A stretch of DNA of 64,000 nucleotides from Clostridia bacterium (GCA_017553325.1 JAFZMH010000007.1:32751-96750); one strand, 5' to 3'. Shown: positions 44,804 through 54,316, counted from the first letter of the stretch. Notes: generated by a model from the sequence alone, not told the origin. Numbers and translations: made by a program.

Positions 44804-44918
44804 CGTTTGATTTGGACGAGATGAGAGAAAGCGTGCTTTTTGCGAAAGCTAAGTGTACAAAGGCGTACGCGGTGCTTGAGAACAAAGTGCGCTGACAAAG
44901 CAGTCGCTAAATCAAGCG
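44804..44918 (+). repeat. AYGAG-core structured intergenic element, copy D (long form)
   Basis: 12-bp closing helix cgtttgatttgg (44804-15) / ctaaatcaagcg (44907-18, two G-T pairs). Core ACGAG-ATGA-GAGAAAG. Outer helix agcgtgcttt/aaagtgcgct. Apical hairpin gtgtac-aaaggc-gtacgc. 3' core CTGACAAA-GCAG-TCGC. The 3' arm is the folD stop codon plus its last three codons. Confidence 0.8.
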
Positions 44919-45764
44919 ATTTTGGATTTTATAAGCCTTAACCGTGTTTTGAAGGAGCATAGTCACCGTCATAGGACCTACGCCACCCGGGACGGGGGTT
45001 ATATAACTGCACTTTGGCGCGACGTTTTCAAAATCAACGTCTCCGCAGAGTTTGCCGTTTTCGTCTCTGTCCATGCCGACGTCCACGACGACTGCGCCCT
45101 CTTTGACCATATCGGCTTTGAGGAATTTCGCCTTGCCGATTGCCACGCAAACTATGTCAGCCTGACGGGTGATTTCGCCGAGGTTTTTCGTGCGACTGTG
45201 GCAAATCGTCACCGTTGCGTTTTTGTCGAGAAGAAGTTGAGCAAGAGGTTTGCCGACGAGGTTGGAGCGTCCCACCACGACAGCGTTTTTGCCTTCAAGT
45301 TCGATATTGTAGTGCTCAAGTATGCGCATAATGCCAAACGGCGTGCAAGCGATTAGGCACTCGCGTCCCGTCCAAAGTCTGCCCTTTTGCACGTAGTGGC
45401 AACCGTCGACGTCCTTTGCGGGGTCGATGAGGTCGAGAAGCGGGTTTTCGTCGAGATGCTTAGGGAGCGGAAGTTGCAAGATTATGCCGGAAACCTCAGG
45501 GTTCTCGTTTAAAGACTTTATCGTCTCAGCGACTTGCTCTGCCGTGCTGTCTCCCGGGAGCGTGCACATAAACGACTTGACGCCGACTTCTTCGCATCCT
45601 TTCATTTTGTTGCGCACGTACACGAGCGACGCGGGGTTGTCGCCGACGAGAATAACCGCAAGCCCTACGGGCTTGTCAAGGTTCATAGCCTTGATTTCAT
45701 CGACTTCTGCTTTGATATTTTGTCTCGTCACGCTTGCAACGAGTTTTCCGTCTAGAATTGTCAT
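44907..45764 (-). CDS. folD: Bifunctional methylenetetrahydrofolate dehydrogenase/cyclohydrolase
   Basis: 285 aa. ILVGDNPAS.VYV, GIILQLPLP, VVVGRSNLVGKP, PVPGGVGPMT motifs. Confidence 0.95.
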   Translation of the reverse strand: MTILDGKLVASVTRQNIKAEVDEIKAMNLDKPVGLAVILVGDNPASLVYVRNKMKGCEEVGVKSFMCTLPGDSTAEQVAETIKSLNENPEVSGIILQLPLPKHLDENPLLDLIDPAKDVDGCHYVQKGRLWTGRECLIACTPFGIMRILEHYNIELEGKNAVVVGRSNLVGKPLAQLLLDKNATVTICHSRTKNLGEITRQADIVCVAIGKAKFLKADMVKEGAVVVDVGMDRDENGKLCGDVDFENVAPKCSYITPVPGGVGPMTVTMLLQNTVKAYKIQNRLI

Positions 45765-45777
45765 GGGGTTCTCCTGA

Positions 45778-47280
45778 TTATTTAATAGTTGTTGTGTTCT
45801 TTTGAATTACGTCGTGAGCGCCGCCTTCAACAATAGATGTTGCGGAGACGACTGTCATCTTGGCGACTTTGTGGAGTTGCGGAATCGTGATTGCGCCGCA
45901 GTTGCACATTGTTGATTTGACCTTGTAAAGGCTCTTGTTGACGTTGTCTTTCAATGGTCCTGCGTACGGGACGTAGCTGTCCACGCCCTCCTCAAAACTG
46001 AGACCGCTCTTTCCTCCGAGGTCGTATCTCTGCCAGTTGCGCGCGCGGTTGGAACCTTCGCCCCAATACTCTTTGACGTAGTTGCCGTTGATGTTGAGTT
46101 TGTTCGTCGGAGACTCGTCGAAGCGCGCGAAATATCTGCCGAGCATCATAAAGTCGCTACCCATAGCGAGCGCGAGCGTCATGTGATAGTCCTGCACGAT
46201 GCCGCCGTCCGAGCATACGGGAACGTAGATACCCGTCTTTTCGTAATACTCGTCTCTCGCCTTTGCGACCTCCATAACCGCAGTCGCCTGACCTCTGCCT
46301 ATGCCCTTTTGTTCGCGGGTAATACAGATAGAGCCACCGCCGATACCTACCTTGACGAAATCTGCGCCACATTCTGCAAGGAACAGAAAACCTTCTCTGT
46401 CAACGACGTTTCCTGCGCCAACCTTGACTTTATCACCGTATTTTGCACGGATAAAGTCCAAAGTCTTCTTTTGCCAAATCGTATAGCCCTCGCTCGAGTC
46501 TATGCAGAGCACGTCCGCGCCAGCCTCGATGAGTGCGGGAACGCGCTTTTCATAGTCAAGTGTGTTTATGCCCGCGCCGACCATATATCTCTTTTGGTCG
46601 TCGAGGAGTTCGTTCGGGTTCTCCTTGTGAGCGTCGTAGTCCTTGCGGAAGATGATATAAAGAAGGTTGCCGTTGTCGTCGATAATCGGGAGTTGGTTGA
46701 GTTTATGGTCCCAAATGATGTCGTTTGCTTCGGCAAGCGTGGTATTCTTGTTGCCGACGACGAGTTTTTCAAACGGAGTCATAAAGTCTGCGACTTTTGT
46801 GTCCGGCGACATTCGACTGACGCGGTAATCGCGGCTTGTGACGATGCCGACGAGCTTGCCGTTGGACGTGCCGTCCAAAGTGACCGCAATAGTGTTGTGT
46901 CCCTTGGTTTCGACAAGGTACAAGACGTCGGCGAGAGTGTCCGTCGGTTTGACGTTGCTGTCGGACACGACGAAACCCGCTTTGTAGTTCTTTACCCTGC
47001 GCACCATAGCCGCCTCGTTTTCAATCGTCTGCGAGCCGTAGATAAATGAAATTCCGCCTTCTTTTGCCAGCGCGATTGCAAGCGTATCGTTGGAAACGGA
47101 CTGCATAATTGCGGACACGAGCGGAATGTTAAGCTCGATTGCCGGCTTCTCTCCCTTTTTAAACTTCGTAAGCGGAGTTTTGAGCGACACGTTTGCGGGA
47201 ATGCAGTTCTCGTCCGTATAGCCCGGAATGAGCAAATATTCGCTGAAAGTTCTCGATGGTTCTTCAAAATACTTTGCCAT
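45778..47280 (-). CDS. guaB: IMP dehydrogenase family protein (with CBS pair)
   Basis: Start trimmed to ATG 47280 ([22 protein letters not shown]). Catalytic loop [17 protein letters not shown] region, 500 aa. Confidence 0.8.
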   Translation of the reverse strand: MAKYFEEPSRTFSEYLLIPGYTDENCIPANVSLKTPLTKFKKGEKPAIELNIPLVSAIMQSVSNDTLAIALAKEGGISFIYGSQTIENEAAMVRRVKNYKAGFVVSDSNVKPTDTLADVLYLVETKGHNTIAVTLDGTSNGKLVGIVTSRDYRVSRMSPDTKVADFMTPFEKLVVGNKNTTLAEANDIIWDHKLNQLPIIDDNGNLLYIIFRKDYDAHKENPNELLDDQKRYMVGAGINTLDYEKRVPALIEAGADVLCIDSSEGYTIWQKKTLDFIRAKYGDKVKVGAGNVVDREGFLFLAECGADFVKVGIGGGSICITREQKGIGRGQATAVMEVAKARDEYYEKTGIYVPVCSDGGIVQDYHMTLALAMGSDFMMLGRYFARFDESPTNKLNINGNYVKEYWGEGSNRARNWQRYDLGGKSGLSFEEGVDSYVPYAGPLKDNVNKSLYKVKSTMCNCGAITIPQLHKVAKMTVVSATSIVEGGAHDVIQKNTTTIK

Positions 47281-47310
47281 AATACTCTCCAAAAAAGTTA
47301 AATTTTTTAT

Positions 47311-47339
47311 ATAATACCTATTTTGTCGCAGTTTGTCAA
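47311..47339 (-). promoter_or_regulatory. guaB-folD promoter (TTGACA-17-TATTAT)
   Basis: On the minus strand, TTGACA is at 47339-34 and TATTAT at 47316-11. Confidence 0.65.
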
Positions 47340-47384
47340 AAGAAAACGTGCAAATAATCGACATTTTTGAAATAAATTTCAAAT

Positions 47385-47414
47385 AAACAAAAACTCGACC
47401 AAATCGCCGAGTTT
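47385..47414 (-). terminator. Rho-independent terminator after rnc
   Basis: On the minus strand: aaactcg-gcgatttggt-cgagttt followed by ttgtttattt. Confidence 0.6.
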
Positions 47415-47437
47415 TCGGTTATATATTTCGTTCCTGT

Positions 47438-48118
47438 TCAGTTAATGTGTTCAAGCGCCATTTGTGCGGAGTGTTGTTCCGCTTCTTTTTTGGACTTGCC
47501 TTCGCCTTTCCCGGCATCTAAACCGTTTATTTTCACTTCCACCTCAAATATGGGTTCGTGCGGTTTGCCAGTCTTGGAAAGGAGCACGTACTCCACTTGC
47601 AGGTCGTGACGCGAAGCGTATTCGTTGAGTTCGGTCTTGAAGTCGCGATTGGCTTTGTGTTTGCTGTCCCCGTTGAAAAGCGGCGCGAGTTTTGCAAGAA
47701 CGAATTTCTCGCAAGGTTCGAGGCTGTTGCCGTCAAGGTATATCGCCCCTATGATACTCTCAAAGAGGTCGCTCTTGATTTTGCTTTGAGAACTTATACT
47801 CTCAAGATTTTCACCTTTGCCGACAATCAAAAACTTTGCAAGGTCGAGATGGTCGATTTCCTCCGCAAGCGGTTCTTTGGACACTATAGCGGCGCGATTC
47901 TTCGTAAGCGCGCCTTCGTGTGCGTTGGGGTTTATCTCCATCAAGCGTTTCGCAACGATAAAATTAAGCAGACTGTCCCCCAAAAACTCGAGAGATTGAT
48001 AGTTCTTCGTGGCGCAAGCGTCCGCGGAAGCGTGGGTAAAAGCGCGCATAATGAGCGCCTTGTCATTGAACTCGTAGCCAATTTTTTTTTCTATCGTTCT
48101 CAAATCGTTTTGTTTCAT
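47438..48118 (-). CDS. rnc: Ribonuclease III
   Basis: 226 aa. Signature NYQSLEFLGDSLL and C-terminal dsRBD (KTELNEYASRH...GEGKSKKEAEQHSAQMAL). Confidence 0.94.
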   Translation of the reverse strand: MKQNDLRTIEKKIGYEFNDKALIMRAFTHASADACATKNYQSLEFLGDSLLNFIVAKRLMEINPNAHEGALTKNRAAIVSKEPLAEEIDHLDLAKFLIVGKGENLESISSQSKIKSDLFESIIGAIYLDGNSLEPCEKFVLAKLAPLFNGDSKHKANRDFKTELNEYASRHDLQVEYVLLSKTGKPHEPIFEVEVKINGLDAGKGEGKSKKEAEQHSAQMALEHIN

Positions 48119-48141
48119 TTTATCTTGTTAGAATGCCTGTT

Positions 48142-49176
48142 TTATTCCTCTTGGGATTGAGCTTCTTTCTCGGCGCGAGCCGTTATTGCTTGCTTAATAC
48201 TTGCGGGTGTTTTGTGCTCGGCAAGTGATTTCGCCTGCAAAATGCTCGCGGCTATCGACTTGCGTTTGCTTGCCCCGTGCGACTTGACCACAACTTTGTT
48301 CACGCCGAGGAAACACGCTCCGCCGTGCGCGTTGTAGTCCATTCTCTTCATAACGCCTTTGAGCGTCGGTTTCAAAAGGAGACCGCCGAGCTTTGCTCTG
48401 AGTCCACCGCCGTATATGCCCTTTTTGAGTTCGCCGATAATCGTGGTTGCCGCGCCCTCCGCGCTCTTCAACGCGATATTTCCGTTGAAACCGTCTGAGA
48501 CGACAAGATCGTAGTCGCCGGAGAGTATATCTCTTGCCTCGCAGTTTCCCACGAAGTTGATACCCTCTTCCGCCTTCAAAAGCTCGAACGCTTCGTGACA
48601 GAGTTCGTTGCCCTTGTGGTCCTCTACGCCGTTTGAAAGGAGTGCGATTTTGGGTTCTTCAACGCCGAGCATCGCCTGCGCGTACGCCCTGCCCATGAGC
48701 GCAAAGTGCACGAGATTTATCGCCTTGCAGTCGACGTTTGCTCCGCAGTCGCAGAGCACTACCCCATTCCCTTTTGCCGTAGGCAAAATCGGAGCGAGCG
48801 CGGGACGAGATACTCCCTTGATGCGCCCTACCTTCATAAACGCCCCGACGAGCACGGCGCCCGTCGAACCTGCGGATACGAATCCTTCCGCGTCGTCGTT
48901 TTGCATGAGATAGTCGAACGCCTTGACGAGAGAACTCTCCTTTTTGGTCTTTATCGCCATCGTTGGGCTGTCGTCGTTTGAAATCGTATCTTTTGCGTCA
49001 ACGAGTTCAAGACGAGACTTATCGTAGGTTTCTTTCGCCAAAATCGGGTTGATTTTTTCGACGTCGCCGACGAGCACTACGTTTAATGCCTTATCGCTCG
49101 CGAGTGCGTCGATACTGCCGAGAACAATTTCATTTGGGGCGAGATCTCCGCCCATTGCGTCTACAACAATTTTCAT
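48142..49176 (-). CDS. plsX: Phosphate acyltransferase PlsX
   Basis: Start trimmed to ATG 49176 (MKIVVDAMGGDLAP). GSTGA and GNCEARD motifs. Confidence 0.92.
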   Translation of the reverse strand: MKIVVDAMGGDLAPNEIVLGSIDALASDKALNVVLVGDVEKINPILAKETYDKSRLELVDAKDTISNDDSPTMAIKTKKESSLVKAFDYLMQNDDAEGFVSAGSTGAVLVGAFMKVGRIKGVSRPALAPILPTAKGNGVVLCDCGANVDCKAINLVHFALMGRAYAQAMLGVEEPKIALLSNGVEDHKGNELCHEAFELLKAEEGINFVGNCEARDILSGDYDLVVSDGFNGNIALKSAEGAATTIIGELKKGIYGGGLRAKLGGLLLKPTLKGVMKRMDYNAHGGACFLGVNKVVVKSHGASKRKSIAASILQAKSLAEHKTPASIKQAITARAEKEAQSQEE

Positions 49177-49199
49177 AATTCGTTTCCCAAAAATGAATA

Positions 49200-49224
49200 T
49201 AAAAAAAGAGTGATGACTCACTCT
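49200..49224 (-). terminator. Strong rho-independent terminator between rpmF and plsX
   Basis: On the minus strand: agagtga-gtca-tcactct followed by T7. Confidence 0.75.
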
Positions 49225-49234
49225 CTTTTAAAGG

Positions 49235-49417
49235 TTAGTCATTGTTTTTTTGAACGACTTGTTCACCATCATAGTATCCGCACTTTGGGCAAACTTGGTG
49301 GCTCTTCTTGAGTTCGTGGCATTGCGGGCACTCGACGAGTCCCGGAGCCTTGACCTTCCAGTTTGCAAAACGGGAATTGGTCTTTGATTTTGAAACTTTA
49401 TTTTTTGGAACTGCCAT
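49235..49417 (-). CDS. rpmF: 50S ribosomal protein L32
   Basis: 60 aa. MAVPKNKVSKSKTNSR...CPQCHELKKSHQVCPKCGYY zinc ribbon. Confidence 0.95.
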   Translation of the reverse strand: MAVPKNKVSKSKTNSRFANWKVKAPGLVECPQCHELKKSHQVCPKCGYYDGEQVVQKNND

Positions 49418-49463
49418 CTATCTATCCTCCGAATTGTTTTCACTCTTATTTACAGCATTATTG

Positions 49464-49492
49464 ATTATATAGAATAAACAATAAGTTGTCAA
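49464..49492 (-). promoter_or_regulatory. rpmF promoter (TTGACA-17-TATAAT)
   Basis: On the minus strand, TTGACA is at 49492-87 and TATAAT at 49469-64. Both hexamers are consensus. Confidence 0.75.
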
Positions 49493-49570
49493 ACGCTTTT
49501 TGAATATTGATTTTTTTATTTTCCTTTCGGGAACGGTGCGTTTTTCCGCTCCCGAAAGAGGTTTATCGTC

Positions 49571-50767
49571 TTATTTTTTGAGCACGAGTTCTTTGGTCTC
49601 TCTTGCGATAGAAAGTTCCTCGTTTGTCGGGAGAATGAGCACTTTGACCTTGCTCGACGGTTTGGAGATAACTCTCGTGCCGTCTCCTCTGCCCTTGTTG
49701 GCTTCGAAGTCAAAGTCTACGCCCAAGTACTCCATATCGCGCATAACGAGTTCACGCATATAGTCGCTGTGCTCGCCGATACCGCCCGTAAAGACGATTG
49801 CGTCCACGCCGTTCAAGGTTGCCGCAAACGCGCCGATATACTTTTTGATGCGATACGCCGTGATGTCGACTGCGAGTTTTGCCTTTTCGTTGCCTTCCTT
49901 TATTGCGCTTTCAAGGTCGCGCATATCACTTGATAGTTCGCTCACGCCGAGCATACCGCACTTTTTGTTGAGGAATTGAACGACTTCGTCGGCGGGTATG
50001 CCGAGTTTCTTCCTCATAAAGTCGATTGCCGCCGGGTCGATGTCGCCGGAACGCGTTCCCATGACGAGTCCTTCAAGAGGCGTAAAGCCCATCGAAGTAT
50101 CTTGGCATTTGCCGTCCTTGACCGCGGAGATTGAAGAGCCGTTGCCAAGATGGCAGATGATGATCTTTGCATCCTTGCGTCCCAAAATCTTGATCGTCTC
50201 TTCGCTCACGAACTTGTGAGACGTGCCGTGAAAACCGTATTTGCGAATTTTGTATTTGTCGTACGCTTCGTACGGAATGCCGTACATATAAGCCTTCGGC
50301 GGCATCGTGCTGTGGAAAGTCGTGTCGAACACCGTGACCATAGGTACGCCCGGCATGACCTCTCTGCAACTCTTGATGCAGGCGATGTTGCCCGGCATAT
50401 GGAGCGGTCCTAGTTCCGCATTCTTTTCGCAGATACGGATGACTTCGTCATCAACCACAACGGAATGCTTGAAATCTTCTCCGCTGTGGAGGACTCTGTG
50501 CCCGACTGCGGCAATCTCTTTCGTGGACTTGATTGCACCGTATTTTTCGTCGACCATCGCTTTAAGCACGAGGTTGATGGCGTCGGTGTGGTCCTTCATG
50601 TCCTGCTTGATGTTGAGAGTTCTGCCGTCGGCGGTCTTTTGGGTGAGTTCGCTCCCCGGGAAGGTGATACGCTCGCAGAGACCTTTGAGCAATACGCTTT
50701 CCGTCTCCATGTCGATAAGTTGGTATTTGAGTGATGAACTGCCTGCGTTGATAACAAGTATTTTCAT
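49571..50767 (-). CDS. ackA: Acetate kinase
   Basis: 398 aa. MKILVINAGSSSLKYQL, GHRVLHSGE, FHGTSH motifs. Confidence 0.96.
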   Translation of the reverse strand: MKILVINAGSSSLKYQLIDMETESVLLKGLCERITFPGSELTQKTADGRTLNIKQDMKDHTDAINLVLKAMVDEKYGAIKSTKEIAAVGHRVLHSGEDFKHSVVVDDEVIRICEKNAELGPLHMPGNIACIKSCREVMPGVPMVTVFDTTFHSTMPPKAYMYGIPYEAYDKYKIRKYGFHGTSHKFVSEETIKILGRKDAKIIICHLGNGSSISAVKDGKCQDTSMGFTPLEGLVMGTRSGDIDPAAIDFMRKKLGIPADEVVQFLNKKCGMLGVSELSSDMRDLESAIKEGNEKAKLAVDITAYRIKKYIGAFAATLNGVDAIVFTGGIGEHSDYMRELVMRDMEYLGVDFDFEANKGRGDGTRVISKPSSKVKVLILPTNEELSIARETKELVLKK

Positions 50768-50801
50768 TTCTGTCTCCTAATGTTGTTTTCTAAAATCCTG
50801 A

Positions 50802-50907
50802 TTATTTGTATGAGTTGCAAGGAACCGTGCTTTTGACCGCAATGAGCGTACTAAGCCGTACGTGATTTGTGGGCAAAAGTGCGTTGACACAGCAAATCGC
50901 CAAATAA
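50802..50907 (+). repeat. AYGAG-core structured intergenic element, copy C (long form)
   Basis: Closing helix ttatttg (50802-08) / caaataa (50901-07). Core ATGAG-TTGC-AAGGAAC. Outer helix cgtgcttttg (50826-35) / caaaagtgcg (50874-83) with tandem G-T pairs. Apical hairpin gcgtac-taagcc-gtacgt. 3' core TTGACACA-GCAA-ATCGC. Lies between the pta stop (50917) and the ackA RBS. Confidence 0.8.
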
Positions 50908-50916
50908 AATAGCACG

Positions 50917-51915
50917 TTATTTAACTGACTGAAGTGCTGTTATGGCCGCTACAGCCGCTATATCTTCCGCAACACAACCACGGCTTAAATCGTTGACCGG
51001 AAGTGCAAGACCTTGCATAATCGGTCCGATTGCCATGCAGTTGCCAAAGCGTTGGGCAAGTTTGTAGCCGATGTTGCCTGCGTCGAGGTTCGGGAATACG
51101 AGGACGTTTGCTTGTCCTGCGACGGGGCTGTCGCCCGCTTTTTGCTTTGCTACGCTGTCAACCAAGGACGCGTCGAGTTGAAGTTCGCCGTCCACGCAGA
51201 TTTCCGGATGTTGTTCGCGTACCTTGTTGTAGGCGGAACGAACCTTCTCGACAGATTCGTGATTTGCGCTTCCCTTCGTGGAGAACGAGAGCATTGCAAT
51301 CTTCGGCTCCATCTCGCAGATCTTCTTCGCGGAGTCCGCCGCGGCAACGACTATGTCTTTGAGTTGGTCGTCCGTCGGGTACGGAATGACCGCGCAATCG
51401 GAGAAAATGTATGCCGGATACTTCTTGTATTTGAATTCCTCGGGAGGAACCATAACGAAGCAACTGGAAACCGAACTGATGCCGGGAGCCGCCTTTACGA
51501 CTTGGAATGCCGCACGGGAGACGTCTGCGGAACTGAATACCGCGCCGCCCACGACGCCGTCTACGTCACCGCGCTTCAAAGCGACGCACGCAAAGAACAT
51601 ATTGTTTTGGGTGACGAGTTGTCTCGCCTGCTCTTCCGTCATGCCCTTCGCTTTGCGAAGTTCAAACAAAGTGTTTGCATATTCGTCGACGTGTTTGCTC
51701 GTCTTCGGATCGTCAAAAGCAACGCCCGTCAAATCGACTTCCGGGAATTTTGCCTTGATTTCCTCTTCGTTGCCGATGAGAACGACTTTGCAGACGCCTT
51801 TCTTTGTGAGGATTTCCGCTGCCTTTGCGGCTCTTACGTCAAATCCTTCCGCGAGTGCGATGGTCTTGCCGAGTAAACTTGCTCTTTTCATAAGGTTTTC
51901 AACAAATTCTGTCAT
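50917..51915 (-). CDS. pta: Phosphate acetyltransferase
   Basis: Start trimmed to ATG 51915 (MTEFVENLMKRA). 332 aa PTA_PTB domain (ALAEGFDVRAAKAA, GGAVFSSADVSR, SFSTKGSA). Confidence 0.93.
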   Translation of the reverse strand: MTEFVENLMKRASLLGKTIALAEGFDVRAAKAAEILTKKGVCKVVLIGNEEEIKAKFPEVDLTGVAFDDPKTSKHVDEYANTLFELRKAKGMTEEQARQLVTQNNMFFACVALKRGDVDGVVGGAVFSSADVSRAAFQVVKAAPGISSVSSCFVMVPPEEFKYKKYPAYIFSDCAVIPYPTDDQLKDIVVAAADSAKKICEMEPKIAMLSFSTKGSANHESVEKVRSAYNKVREQHPEICVDGELQLDASLVDSVAKQKAGDSPVAGQANVLVFPNLDAGNIGYKLAQRFGNCMAIGPIMQGLALPVNDLSRGCVAEDIAAVAAITALQSVK

Positions 51916-51928
51916 AAACGCTCCAAAA

Positions 51929-51945
51929 TGCAAATATCATTTGCA
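51929..51945. promoter_or_regulatory. Perfect palindrome TGCAAAT-atc-ATTTGCA in the pta 5' leader
   Basis: 7-bp arms, 14 nt upstream of the pta ATG, downstream of a TTGCTT-17-TATAAT promoter candidate on the minus strand. Could be an operator or an RNA hairpin. Confidence 0.35.
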
Positions 51946-52088
51946 AATGTTTTATTTTTGTATATAATTATACTTAGTCGCAAAGGAAAAAGCAAGGGAA
52001 TTGAAGAATTTGTCAAAGCATTTAAAAAAATGCTTGGCAAAAATCTCGACAGCGATTTCGATATGCAGAAAACGACAGGACGCAAGAA

Positions 52089-53192
52089 ATGAGAATCACC
52101 GCGATAATTGCCGAATACAACCCGTTTCACAACGGACACTTGAAGCAGCTGAGAACTGCAAAGCGCGAGACGAATGCCGACGCGCTCGTCGTCGTTATGA
52201 GCGGAAGCTTTACCGAGCGCGGAGACCTCTGCATAGCGGACAAATTCACACGCGCAAATTGGGCAATACAGGCGGGAGCGGACTTGGTGCTCGAACTGCC
52301 GACGGTGTATTCTCTCTCCTCCGCGCAAAAATTTGCGGAAGGCGCGCTCAAAACCCTCTCTATGCTCGGCGAATACACCCTCTCATTCGGCACGGAAGCG
52401 GACGAGCTCGAAGGGCTCAGTATGGCGGCGGAGTTTATGCAGAGCGAATTGAACGACGTTTCAAACCTTCTGAAAGGCTTTTTGAGCGAAGGCTACTCGG
52501 TGGCGAAGTCCAGAACCCTCGCCCTTGACAAAGTGCGCCCCGACGTCTCGAATATGCTCAAATCTCCCAACAACATTCTTGCTGTCGAGTATATGAAAGC
52601 CGGCGCAAAGTATGACGATAAAGTGAGTTATCACCAAGTCCCGAGAAAGCCGGACGATATGAAAAAATATGCGTCGTCCACGGCGATTCGCGAGATGCTC
52701 GCAGAGGGAGAAAACGTCGAAAGATTCCTACCCGAGTTTGTAAAACTCGACGAACGCATAGACAACGCAAAATACAACACGATTTCCACCTACGCCCTAA
52801 GCGCAATGAGCGCGGAAGAACTTAAAGAGGTAGCCAATATCTCGGAAGGTATGGAAAACCGCATTGCAAAGAGCGATTTCGAGAGTATGAACGACGTGCT
52901 TTCGCTGACTTCAAAACGCTACACGCGCTCGACGATAAAACGTATCGCCGCAAGCGCCACCGTGGGACTTAAAAAGGAACTCGTAAACCTTGCAAACGAA
53001 GAAAAACCCTATTGCACGGTGCTTGCCGTTCGTCCTTCAAAACGCAAATCGTTGTTCCCGATTTTGGCAAGTGCAAACGGCTATTTCTTCTTCAAGGCAA
53101 GCGACTGCCCCGCGGACTCTCCCGTGCGTCCGCTCGTTGACCTAGACGAAAAGGCGGCAAAGATACAAAAACTCTGCAAATTTACAATCTAA
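52089..53192 (+). CDS. tmcAL: tRNA(Met) cytidine acetate ligase (YlbM/TmcAL family nucleotidyltransferase)
   Basis: 367 aa. MRITAIIAEYNPFHNGHLKQL HIGH-like motif and MSGSFTERGD. Confidence 0.75.
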   Translation: MRITAIIAEYNPFHNGHLKQLRTAKRETNADALVVVMSGSFTERGDLCIADKFTRANWAIQAGADLVLELPTVYSLSSAQKFAEGALKTLSMLGEYTLSFGTEADELEGLSMAAEFMQSELNDVSNLLKGFLSEGYSVAKSRTLALDKVRPDVSNMLKSPNNILAVEYMKAGAKYDDKVSYHQVPRKPDDMKKYASSTAIREMLAEGENVERFLPEFVKLDERIDNAKYNTISTYALSAMSAEELKEVANISEGMENRIAKSDFESMNDVLSLTSKRYTRSTIKRIAASATVGLKKELVNLANEEKPYCTVLAVRPSKRKSLFPILASANGYFFFKASDCPADSPVRPLVDLDEKAAKIQKLCKFTI

Positions 53193-53221
53193 CCGCTTTG
53201 ATTTTTGAAAAATCTTATTTG

Positions 53222-53248
53222 CAGACAGCACGATAAGCTGTCTTTTTT
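53222..53248 (+). terminator. Rho-independent terminator of tmcAL
   Basis: agacagc-acgataa-gctgtct followed by T6. Confidence 0.8.
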
Positions 53249-53281
53249 CATATTTATACGACCTAAATCATAACATTTTTC

Positions 53282-54316
53282 GTGAGCACAGCAAGAAGCC
53301 GAACAAGCAAAAACAAAACGACAAAAAGGCATTTAAAAGTTGAGGTTAAGACCTTGTTTTCTCCGCGCGTTCTCGCAATACTCGTACTGTCTTCGTTTGC
53401 GATTGCGATGATTGTCAACCCATCCTACTATTTGGACTCGGCAAGGCGCGGACTGAGCCTATACGCAACTACTGTACTGCCAAGTCTTTTCCCCTTCTAT
53501 TTCTGCTCCCTCCTGCTCACCAAAATCGGCGCGGCAAAGACGTTGTCTTTGATATTTGAAAAACCTATGAAAAAACTTTACAGCACGCCCAAAGAGTCTG
53601 CCTACGTTATGCTCCTCTCGATGATCTCGGGCTACCCGGTCGGCGCGTCTTGCGCAAAAGAGCTATATCTTGCGGGCGTACTGACAAAGAGCGACGTAAA
53701 AGCAATCTCCGCGTTTGCGTCCACCTCGGGACCGATTTTTATGCTCGGGACGCTCGGGACTGCGGTATTTCAAAACGCGCGGGTGGGTGTGATTATACTC
53801 GTTTCCCACTATTTGGCGGCGCTTATCAACGGACTTTTTTACAAAGTAAAACCATCCTCTAAGTCTTCATCCGCCGTCGCGGTTCAAGCGATAAAAGGTG
53901 CTGACGAAGCCCTCGGCGAAAGCGTCGCGCAATCTACCGTTGCAATGCTTACGCTCGGCGGTTATATCGTCCTTGCGGGAATTGTCGTTGACACCCTTTC
54001 GTTGATCGGCGTAGACTCCGCCCTTCAAAGAATGCTCGGCGAGAAGGCTCAACCGATTATCGCTCTCATTTTCGGGTTCATTGAGATGACGAGAGGTTCA
54101 ATCGAATGCGCAAAGTGTTCTTTTGTTCCTCTCGGCGTGGCGCTCGCCTCTGCAACTGTATCGTTCGGAGGGCTTTCCATACTCTTTCAACAATACGCAT
54201 TTCTCTCCCCTTGCGGTATGAAACTAAGAGAAATCTTCCTCCGTAAACTGACTCAATCCTTACTTTGTTTCTCGATTGCGTTTGCAATAAGTTTTCTTTT
54301 TTCATACTTTTTGTAA
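53282..54316 (+). CDS. YlbJ-like sporulation integral membrane protein (nucleoside-recognition/Gate domains)
   Basis: 344 aa polytopic protein. ARRGLSLYATTVLPSLFPFYF resembles the YlbJ N-terminus. GTG start at 53282 is uncertain. Confidence 0.6.
   Translation: MSTARSRTSKNKTTKRHLKVEVKTLFSPRVLAILVLSSFAIAMIVNPSYYLDSARRGLSLYATTVLPSLFPFYFCSLLLTKIGAAKTLSLIFEKPMKKLYSTPKESAYVMLLSMISGYPVGASCAKELYLAGVLTKSDVKAISAFASTSGPIFMLGTLGTAVFQNARVGVIILVSHYLAALINGLFYKVKPSSKSSSAVAVQAIKGADEALGESVAQSTVAMLTLGGYIVLAGIVVDTLSLIGVDSALQRMLGEKAQPIIALIFGFIEMTRGSIECAKCSFVPLGVALASATVSFGGLSILFQQYAFLSPCGMKLREIFLRKLTQSLLCFSIAFAISFLFSYFL

Noticed and set aside
49524-49558. Strong hairpin ctttcggga...tcccgaaag immediately downstream of ackA, considered as a terminator.
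   Set aside because: On the ackA (minus) strand it is followed by an A-rich tract, not a U-rich one, so it is not a canonical intrinsic terminator. It may be a stabiliser or processing hairpin.
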